Part shown: one piece after another, positions 54,000-64,000 of the stretch
Layout of the letters: each line of letters starts with the position of its first letter
How positions within the stretch are numbered: position 1 is the first letter of the stretch
Source: Octopus sinensis
Taxonomy: Eukaryota
Reading direction: 5' to 3'
DNA: 64,000 nucleotides
Assembly (NCBI RefSeq): GCF_006345805.1
Contig: NC_042998.1
Coordinates: 151,714,001 to 151,778,000, forward strand
Position numbers and translations under genes: made by a program
The notes under the pieces: generated by a model
Seen by the model: the letters and a program-made list of their open reading frames with translations, nothing else
Databases searched by the model: none
What the model was told of the DNA's origin: nothing

Positions 54000-54480
54000 C
54001 AGTATAATTTAGATTCAAATGAATATGGTACTTAAGTTAGATGCACCAGGATTCTGTATGGTGTTATCCATATAAATCTATGGGGTGATTATAATCAAAA
54101 TAAGCAACAAGAATAACTTCGGTAATTTGGTACGATCGTTTCGCACTACATCATTTTATTAAATATTGTGAGTATTACAACAGTTTTAAAATGCTGAGCA
54201 CTCATCAGCCATTACTAGAGGTTTTCCATTAATACATAATTTTCGTATCAAGTGGTAACATTATAGAGAAGGTAGATATATAAACAAAGATGTGGATTTA
54301 AATTTTAAGAACATTTGAGGTAGTGGAGCTTATCAACTGACTGACTAAAATTCAGTTGGTCTGAACTACTGTAAGGTTCTGACAGAAAAGGACAAATGAA
54401 AGGAAACAACAAAGATTTTCTATTTATAGAAATAGGGGTGAAAGAGATGCCAAAGTTCCATATAAAGAAATTTATGTAGA
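54000..54480 (-). mobile_element. Solo PLE pLTR inserted in (TA)n
   Basis: Collinear with 30230-30540 and 38770-39450. Confidence 0.8.
54128..54211 (-). ncRNA. Type I hammerhead ribozyme
   Basis: Minus: tgg-CTGATGA-gtgct...agtgc-GAAA-cgatcg-TA-cca; helix I only 3 bp. Confidence 0.7.
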
Positions 54481-54484
54481 GAAA

Positions 54485-54540
<56 letters not shown>

Positions 54541-54850
54541 TGGAGCAATTATATTTCTTCGATTTTTAAAATTCCATGTCCTGCTTTAAGTACCAAGAGT
54601 CGATTATATATATATATATGTGTGTGTGTGTGCGTACATATATATATATGTGTGTGTGTAATATATATATACGTATATATACATATATATATATAGATAT
54701 ATATATATATATATACATATATAGATATGTATATGTATATATATAAACATATATATATGTGTAATATATATCTATTCATATATACATATATATAGACATA
54801 TATGTATACATATATATTTACATATACATCATGTGTATATATCATATATA

Positions 54851-54890
<40 letters not shown>

Positions 54891-54904
54891 CATATATATA
54901 AAAC

Positions 54905-54982
<78 letters not shown>

Positions 54983-54997
54983 CATATATATAAAAAC

Positions 54998-55053
<56 letters not shown>

Positions 55054-55329
55054 TACACACACGTGCATACACACACACACGTGCATATACACACATACGT
55101 GCATGCACACACACACGTGCATATACACACACGTGCATACATACATACACGCACACACAAATATATGAGCATTCGTATGCTGCATACGAATTAAGAAATA
55201 GAGACATTATAAGCGTTAAAAGTATTTAAAAGAAGTAAATATTAGATGGAAACGGAAAAACATTTAAGCTTATTCATTATTATGTTTATCTGTTCCTCTT
55301 TTTCTCCTTGTTGTTGTTATTGTGTTATT

Positions 55330-55696
<367 letters not shown>

Positions 55697-55981
55697 AATA
55701 ATGAAGGGTGAAGTTAATTAATTTGGAATAATTATCAATTACACCAAGTAGTCTTCGGCATGTAAAAGCCTCATTCGAGGAAAATTTAAGTAATACTAAG
55801 CAATAAAGGGTTTAGCAACGAATTGCCTTACCACATACCGAATTTAGAAATAGCAGTCAAAGAGTTATAGCTATTTCTTCTACTAAAAAGGGAGATCTCA
55901 GTAAAAACAGCAATTGGAAGGCAGACACAAACAGGTAAGAGAGAATGAATTGACGGCAATCTATCATACAATTTTAAGTTA

Positions 55982-56081
55982 TCTACGGACGTACGTTTCG
56001 AAATCAAGTTTTAGGAAAGCATAAGAATTAAATATTAAATAATTCTATCTTACCAAAAACTTCTTTTCTCTTCAGCGTAGA
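55982..56081 (-). ncRNA. Type I hammerhead ribozyme (array unit 1)
   Basis: Minus: tctacg-CTGAAGA-gaaa...tttc-GAAA-cgtacg-TC-cgtaga. Confidence 0.88.
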
Positions 56082-56574
56082 ATACTATAATCATAAATGA
56101 TTATATATTGAATTTTGAGATACTAGAAGGCACCAACTCAACTCAGTATCAGAGCGAGCTAGAATCCGCAACTAGTATCACCAAACTCAATGCGTGAATG
56201 AAAAGATTGTGTCACCAGCCCCTTCCCACCCGCGTGTAGCCAAAACAAGATGCTGTGGTCATCTACTGAGATAAAATATGGTTATCCGTAATAATGAAGG
56301 GTGAAATTAATTAATTTGGAATAATTATCAATTACACCAAGTAGTCTTCGGCATGTAAAAGCCTCATTCGAGGAAAATTTAAGTAATACTAAGCAATAAA
56401 GGGTTTAGCAACGAATTGCCTTACCACATACCGAATTCAGAAATAGCAGTCAAAGAGTTATAGCTATTTCTTCTACTAAAAAGGGAGATCTCAGTAAAAA
56501 CAGCAATTGGAAGGCAGACACAAACAGGTAAGAGAGAATGAATTGACGGCAATCTATCATACAATTTTAAGTTA

Positions 56575-56675
56575 TCTACGGACGTACGTTTCGAAATCAA
56601 GTTTTTAGGAAAGCATAAGAATTAAATATTAAATAATTCTATCTTACCAAAAACTTCTTTTCTCTTCAGCGTAGA
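56575..56675 (-). ncRNA. Type I hammerhead ribozyme (array unit 2)
   Basis: Same motif as unit 1. Confidence 0.88.
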
Positions 56676-57168
56676 ATACTATAATCATAAATGATTATAT
56701 ATTGAATTTTGAGATACTAGAAGGCACCAACTCAACTCAGTATCAGAGCGAGCTAGAATCCGCAACTAGTATCACCAAACTCAATGCGTGAATGAAAAGA
56801 TTGTGTCACCAGCCCCTTCCTACCCGCGTGTAGCCAAAACAAGATGCTGTGGTCATCTACTGAGATAAAATATGGTTATCCGTAATAATGAAGGGTGAAA
56901 TTAATTAATTTGGAATAATTATCAATTACACCAAGTAGTCTTCGGCATGTAAAAGCCTCATTCGAGGAAAATTTAAGTAATACTAAGCAATAAAGGGTTT
57001 AGCAACGAATTGCCTTACCACATACCGAATTTAGAAATAGCATTCAAAGAGTTATAGCTATTTCTTCTACTAAAAAGGGAGATCTCAGTAAAAACAGCAA
57101 TAGGAAGGCAGACACAAACAGGTAAGAGAGAATGAATTGACGGCAATCTATCATACAATTTTAAGTTA

Positions 57169-57269
57169 TCTACGGACGTACGTTTTCGAAATCAAGTTTT
57201 TAGGAAAGCATAAGAATTAAATATTAAATAATTCTATCTTACCAAAACTTCTTTTCTCTTCAGCGTAGA
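57169..57269 (-). ncRNA. Type I hammerhead ribozyme (array unit 3; extra A in GAAA)
   Basis: Same motif, but the + strand reads cgtacgttttcg, i.e. GAAAA; real variant or homopolymer error. Confidence 0.7.
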
Positions 57270-57719
57270 ATACTATAATCATAAATGATTATATATTGAA
57301 TTTTGAGATACTAGAAGGCACCAACTCAACTCAGTATCAGAGCGAGCTAGAATCCGCAACTAGTATCACCAAACTCAATGCGTGAATGAAAAGATTGTGT
57401 CACCAGCCCCTTCCCACCCGCGTGTAGCCAAAACAAGATGCTGTGGTCATCTACTGAGATAAAATATGGTTATCCGTAATAATGAAGGGTGAAATTAATT
57501 AATTTGGAATAATTATCAATTACACCAAGTAGTCTTCGGCATGTAAAAGCCGGTGGGAAGGGGCTGGTGGGAAGGGAAGGGGCTGGTGACACAATCTTTT
57601 CATTCACGCATTGAGTTTGGTGATACTAGTTGCGGATTCTAGCTCGCTCTGATACTGAGTTGAGTTGGTGCCTTCTAGTATCTCAAAATTCAATATATAA
57701 TCATTTATGATTATAGTAT

Positions 57720-57820
57720 TCTACGCTGAAGAGAAAAGAAGTTTTTGGTAAGATAGAATTATTTAATATTTAATTCTTATGCTTTCCTAAAAACTTGATT
57801 TCGAAACGTACGTCCGTAGA
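57720..57820 (+). ncRNA. Type I hammerhead ribozyme (inverted copy)
   Basis: tctacg(57720-25)-CTGAAGA-gaaa...tttc-GAAA(57803-06)-cgtacg-TC-cgtaga(57815-20). Confidence 0.88.
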
Positions 57821-58005
57821 TAACTTAAAATTGTATGACAGATTGCCGTCAATTCATTCTCTCTTACCTGTTTGTGTCTGCCTTCCAATTGCTGTTTTTA
57901 CTGAGATCTCCCTTTTTAGTAGAAGAAATAGCTATAACTCTTTGACTGCTATTTCTAAATTCGGTATGTGGTAAGGCAATTCGTTGCTAAACCCTTTATT
58001 GCTTA

Positions 58006-58060
<55 letters not shown>

Positions 58061-58086
58061 CATACATACATACATACATACATACA

Positions 58087-58117
<31 letters not shown>

Positions 58118-58118
58118 G

Positions 58119-58149
<31 letters not shown>

Positions 58150-58154
58150 ATAGG

Positions 58155-58192
<38 letters not shown>

Positions 58193-58709
58193 TACATACA
58201 TACATAGATACATACATATATACATAATACATACATGCGTATACATGCACACACATATATAGGAATGTATGTTTACAGGAATACACAAATACACGTATAC
58301 ATTTATGTTATTTTGTCAGTGAGTGTGTGTGTGTGCATATCTACACATGGATGCATTTGTGTATCCACATATATTCATAAGTTTGCACGTAATTGCATAA
58401 CTGACTGTATTCAGTTTGTCTGCACGTACTTGCAAATGCTTCATTGCCTGTACGCACCTTCACTCATACATGAAGACATGCACATATGCATGTATACCTA
58501 TGTGTGCGTGTGTGTTTGCGTATATGCGTGAGTATGTACTGGCATATGTGTGTCTGTGTGTGTGTGTGTGCACACGTATATGTATTTATTGTCACTGCTT
58601 TTTATCTCTCTCCCCCTCTCTATATATATCATATTTAAATCCTAGTCATATACCTTTATATCCGTTTCTCTTCGTTTAATATTCGCTGTCTTTCTCGCTC
58701 TCTGTCTTC

Positions 58710-58753
<44 letters not shown>

Positions 58754-59251
58754 CTTACTCTGAAACTTTTTTTCTCTGTTTTTCTCTCTCCCCATCTCTC
58801 CTTGTTTCATAAACATCAGCAAGTTTCTCTAATTTGTTTTATCATTTCTTAGTTATAATTTTCTTTTGTCGTTTTACTTGCTTCTTACTTTAAAAAGTTC
58901 TTTACGTTTACGATATTACTCTCTACTTACGTTTTTATTCTTAATTCTCTTTCATTCACATATATACGCTTTTCTTCACGCACGCATATACACACGCAAC
59001 ACATCCACCCATATGAGATATATGTACATAGGTATGTGTGTGTACGCGCGTATGTGTGTGTTTGTGTGTGAACTTCTATATATATGTATTATCGACACCA
59101 AGAATTATTAATCATCTTCCACTATTTTCCGAGCTGACCATTCAAAAGAAAAAAGACGCTTAAACAATACTCCTCAAATACTACATGCTACTTACGTCAC
59201 TTGACATATCAATTAGATTAACTCATTGCAATTTATCGCACAAATTTAACC

Positions 59252-59321
<70 letters not shown>

Positions 59322-59369
59322 TCTGTGTTTGTATGTGCGTGCAACCTCTAAACTACATGTTTCCGAGTT

Positions 59370-59475
59370 CAGTCCCCTAGAGTTTCCGTCTACCATATTC
59401 AATCACAAAACATTGGTCTCCCCGACACACAGTGGGACTGAACCCGGAACCATGTGGTTGGGAAGCAAGCTTCTT
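59370..59475 (-). mobile_element. SINE, part downstream of the interrupting insertion
   Basis: agtgggactgaacccggaaccatgtggttgggaagcaagcttctt; continues at 61679-61715. Confidence 0.75.
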
Positions 59476-61678
59476 TATTTCATTATATTGGCTATAAAAA
59501 GCCTTACATAGATATAGGAAGCTGCGGGCTGGACACAGACATAATGTTATATGAAATAAAAAATGAAAATGATGATTAATGAGGTATAAAGCGATGCCCG
59601 CCGATCATTTTTTCCCGAGAACATTGATCTCTTATATTATTCATGTGGCAACAAACCTCTTGCATTGTTCACAATTCAATAACAAAATGAGGCACTAAGC
59701 CTCTTACCTCTTTTTTCAAAATTAGGAACTTTCAATAACACTGAGGCATTTAAACCTCTTATTCATATTCCTCCCCAACATCGCTTGTGACCTCATCCTC
59801 CGCCATCACCCACGCCTCATTCAAGCACAAGGCGGATGCTGTGTCGGCGCCGCCCGGCCACGACCGATATTCCTCTTTGAGTACCTGCAGTGTACGCAAC
59901 ACCGGCAACGTTATGACCTCCACAACTATCTGCAGAGGCCATTCGGGATCCCGTGTGCAGGCTAAAGGTACCCCCTTCCAACATCTTCTTCACCTCTTCG
60001 CCTTTCTAGAAGACCAATAATTCATCTTTCTCCGAGGACGACGTAGTCATTTCTACTGTCGGCGGCACAATTCCTACCGACAGTATCTCTTCCTCTGCCA
60101 GTGGCACAACCTCCACCGACAAGGTTCGGGGACATTCCGGTACTATGTCACTGACTGCCAGCAATGTCCCGTTTCTCTTCCTCTTCCTCTTTTTTTCTTC
60201 TCATCTGAGGGAGGGTGCGTCACCTCCGTGACCGGAAGATACGCCTCCTCTCCCTAATTCCTAGGATCCTGCGGTGAGCAACCATTGTTCTTCCTCTTGC
60301 GGCCCTTCTTTGAGGAGTCCTCCGCCTCCACGGCCGCCTTCATTCCCTCTTCTACAGAGGTCTCAACCAACTTCTCCAGGACCTTACTTTGTTCCTGGGG
60401 AGGGTTTTCTTTATATGGCCAGGCTCCAGGCACCGATCACACCTGGGGGGGGGCGACCTTCAAGAATCACCGGGTACCTGCACCCGGCCATTTAAAAAAA
60501 ATCTGGAAAAAACAGATTGGCTGATTGGGTCCAGAGGGTCAAAACAGCTTTTGACCCAACCCAATCAGCGCAGGAAAAACTTTCACATTAAAGAGCTTGA
60601 CTCCGCTGCCACCCAGACACCGGCGGATAGTCTCCTCTATCCACTTAAGTTTTATCCCGGGTGGCAACCCGCAGACCCAAGCTCTTGTCAACCTCTTCCC
60701 ACAATACGTGGGAAGAAACAAAATTTCTTTGCCCTCTAAGCGCTGGCTCGCAAATTTGCGAGCCTCTTCAGGGTTGTCAAATAGCAACCACACCGTTGCG
60801 TATTTGAACCCCTTGGAAATGAATTTAATAGTTGGCAGATACTCTGCCAACTCCTTTTCAATTACAGTTTTTTCAAATAGGGCGATGGTGTCAAGTGACT
60901 TGGATAAGTCCTCAACATCACCGTCCTCTCTTCAAGGTCTTTCAACCACCGTTTGGGTGGTATAATTTCCCACTCCAAGACATTATCTTTTTTCATTGCC
61001 ATGCTTTTTTTTTCTGTAATAACAGTTCGAAAATAGTTCAAAATAAAACTCAAAATAAGAAAATGAAAAAAATCAAAAGAAAGTCACAATAAGATGGAAG
61101 GAAGAAAAAGAAAAGAATTCACGAAAAAAGAAAGTCAAAAAATTTAGAAGAAAGAAAGTCAATAGTTCAAAAACACAGCAAAAAAAAAAATTCCGGCCAC
61201 TAGGTACTCCATGCCAAGGTCGAACCCGGAACGCCACAAATGGAACACAACTTCCATAAACACTGGTATACAAGTCGTTCAAACTTCGGAGGCAAAGACA
61301 CTCCTCCCAAACAGAAATTCTCACAATTATTTTAAGAATTCACAAAAAGTAAACAAATTTTTAGGAGGCACGATACGCCCCCAGCAACAATTCTCACAAT
61401 TAAGTGTGAAAAAATATTCACTTAACGTGAACCACTTTTGCTCAACTGCAGGCAGACCAGAGTTTAGAATCCAGTGAGAACCTCTTGCTTGTACAAAAAT
61501 AATTACCACAAACAACAAACCCCCACTGGACCCAAAAATAAAAGTCTTACCTTACAATTGAGCTTCTTTTTTCACCAGCTGTACACAGCTTGGACACTTC
61601 TTTCGGTGATACGCACAACGCTGACAACGACGCATGCGCACACTAACAACAACACATGCGCAGTGGGAAGTAGGTTTC
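59476..61678 (-). mobile_element. 2.2-kb retroelement encoding only an ORF1/gag-like protein, flanked by 17-bp TSD
   Basis: tgggaagcaagcttctt at 59459-59475 and 61679-61695; frameshifted minus ORF ~61002 to 59759 with an RRM-like segment (ORF 60539..60850) and a knuckle remnant (RCDRCLEPGHIKK); no RT or endonuclease motif seen. Confidence 0.65.
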
Positions 61679-61715
61679 TGGGAAGCAAGCTTCTTACCAC
61701 ACAGCCACGCCTGCG
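61679..61715 (-). mobile_element. SINE 5' head (tRNA-like), remainder of the split copy
   Basis: Minus: cgcaggcgtggctgtgtggtaagaagcttgcttccca. Confidence 0.75.
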
Positions 61716-61725
61716 TCTATATATA

Positions 61726-62280
61726 CGTGATCTGATCAATAAGTATCCGGACTGTTGGCATAGTAACGAAGCTAAGGCATACAGTAAAGCCGCTTGGCAC
61801 ATAGTGACCTTGAACTCTGCTGCGCATGCGCTCTAAGGTTTAACGTTCAAGCTCACTTCTGCTGTTTACAGTAGTGCATGGAAGGTGTGTAGCGTGTGGT
61901 TGTCGCATTGATCATAACGGAGAAAGTTGAGCAAAGACTCTGCATCAAATTTTGCCAAAAGCTTGGCGATACCTACTAAGAGGCCTACGCTAAGGTTTCA
62001 AAAAGTTTTCGTCGCTCTCAACACAATCAAGGAAATCTTGTGCAACTGAAACCCAAGTGTCCTTTTGGTCAGCTGGAAGCAGTTTTGGCACAAACTTGGC
62101 AGACACGCATCTCATACTCAAATCTTCAGTGATAATGCAATTAACTGAACCGTAATTATTCTGCACATACTCTGATAACTCACGGATAGTGATTTGACAA
62201 TTTCTTCCCAGCGCTGCACGCACATCTGCGATGTTTTTCTCAGTTCTGCTGGTTGCGGGTCTCCCAGAACGTTTGCCCTT
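61726..62280. mobile_element. Rearranged mariner fragment (left TIR and N-terminus on +, internal part on -)
   Basis: TA-cgtgatctgatcaataagtatccggac TIR and TEKVEQRLCIKFCQKLG on +; [12 protein letters not shown]...ITIRELS...SAKFVPKLL...DENFLK on -. Confidence 0.8.
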
Positions 62281-62289
62281 ATTTATAAG

Positions 62290-62425
<136 letters not shown>

Positions 62426-62528
62426 GGTGAGGTGTCTGTGTCTGTTGTTTATAAATTTAACCTTTAAAGGTATTTTTTAATATGCTGGCCATTGATAAAA
62501 TTTTTTTCGAAAAAATTTTATCCTACAT

Positions 62529-62610
<82 letters not shown>

Positions 62611-62670
62611 CACACACACATATATATACATATGTATGTATGTATGTAAGTATGTATGTATGTATGTATG

Positions 62671-62723
<53 letters not shown>

Positions 62724-62959
62724 TCGGGGTGAGTACTTGATAATTGTATATATATATATATATATACATAGTATTGGGATTTAGTTCACAGGTGATCTAA
62801 ACAATTAGCTACGCTAGGTAAGTGGTGTAATGAATTACTAGGGCTCCAAAGTTATAGCCGAGACGATAGTTATGGAGTCATTGGAAATCTATGATGCAGT
62901 GGATATATAATTGTTGAAGAGGACAACAAACATTAAAGCAAGGTAAAGATCCCATGTCT

Positions 62960-63860
62960 TATACATTATTATTATTGCAAAAAATTCAGCTGTTTCTGGG
63001 GTATCCGTCAAATGGAATATTCCGTCAAATAGTGAAAAGTAGGGAAAATGAGAAGTGTACATATTAATGAAATGATGACATAGAGAAAGAGAATAAAGGA
63101 ATAAGGAGATGAAGGGTGAGAAGAAAAAAGAAGCATAAAAGTTCATAATTCAACTTTCCGACGTTGTAGAAATAAGTATATAAATCCTTAGGTGCAATCC
63201 TGCGTAGATCCATGTGGGTTAATATCCTGATATTGTAAACATCCAGAGAAGAAAGACGCGAACATATCAACGTTCAATAAGAGAATGATAGCGGAAGGTG
63301 GCTATTAGGTGGTAAAACGAAATAAAAGTAAATAAATAGAGAGTGAGGTGGGGAAGTTACGGATTGGCTTTAGGATAAAGTGAGGTGTATAAGCATACAG
63401 TGTCTAAGAATATGGTGTACAGGAATAGCCGAGGGGATAAGGGAGATGATGAGGAGGTAGAGGAAGATAACGTAAAGAAATAAACAAAATAGAGCGAAAA
63501 GAAAGGAATTTAAAGACACTAGTAGGTGTCTGTGGTAGTTTTCTAATTTGTAAGTGTCGGGGAAGAAATCTAGTAGTCCATAACAGACACAAGCATTTAT
63601 TACTAGATTTCCTCCCTAACACGTATAGACTAGAAGAGTACTACCGACAACTACTTCTCTCTTTAAATTCCTTTCTTTTCGCTCTATTTTGTTTATTTTT
63701 TTCTTCTCACTCTTCATCTTTTTAATCCTTTACTCCCTTCTTCTATGTCGTCAATTCATTAATATATACCCTTCTCATTTTCCCTATTTGTCTCTGATAG
63801 CGGAATATCCCATACACGGGGATATCCCAGAAATAGCTGTAAGACTGAATTTTTTCCAAT
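62960..63860. mobile_element. Degenerate PLE-type pLTR region with nested inverted repeats
   Basis: 63035-63130 and 63478-63575 each match the reverse complement of parts of 63601-63790; degenerate hammerhead at 63790-63844. Confidence 0.5.
63790..63844 (+). ncRNA. Degenerate type I hammerhead motif
   Basis: gtct-CTGATAG-cgga-atatccc-atacac-gggatat-ccca-GAAA-tagctg-TA-agac; core GA reads AG; the partial copy at ~62990 (-) has palindromic cagctg. Confidence 0.45.
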
Positions 63861-63918
63861 AATAATAATATATATGACTTGAGATGTTTGCCTTGCCTTA
63901 ACGTTTGCTGTCTGCTTT

Positions 63919-63999
<81 letters not shown>

Positions 64000-64000
64000 A

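Overview
AT-rich, microsatellite-saturated animal genomic DNA. The SINE and simple-repeat content resembles that of coleoid cephalopods such as Octopus (my inference; no database search was possible). I find no intact host gene. The window is a transposon graveyard: Penelope-like retroelements (PLEs; RT and GIY-YIG pieces), RLE-type (R2/R4/NeSL-group) and RTE LINE fragments, tRNA-derived SINEs, a Tc1 element, three mariner copies, a hAT-like element, an OTU-bearing Helitron and an ORF1-only retroelement. Most listed ORFs are translations of microsatellites. The main result is non-coding: reading both strands I count 19 type I hammerhead-ribozyme motifs (about 8 fully canonical). Some lie in PLE pseudo-LTRs. 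Others lie in ORF-less monomers of ~594 bp (two loci, one a near-identical tandem array with an inversion) and ~496 bp, inserted in (TA)n tracts. The 594-bp family shows a compensatory base-pair change in helix I, and its two loci share the same two breakpoints, neither at the self-cleavage site. This fits a retrozyme-like system of self-cleaving, possibly circular RNAs mobilised by PLE reverse transcriptase. That mechanism is inference and is untested.
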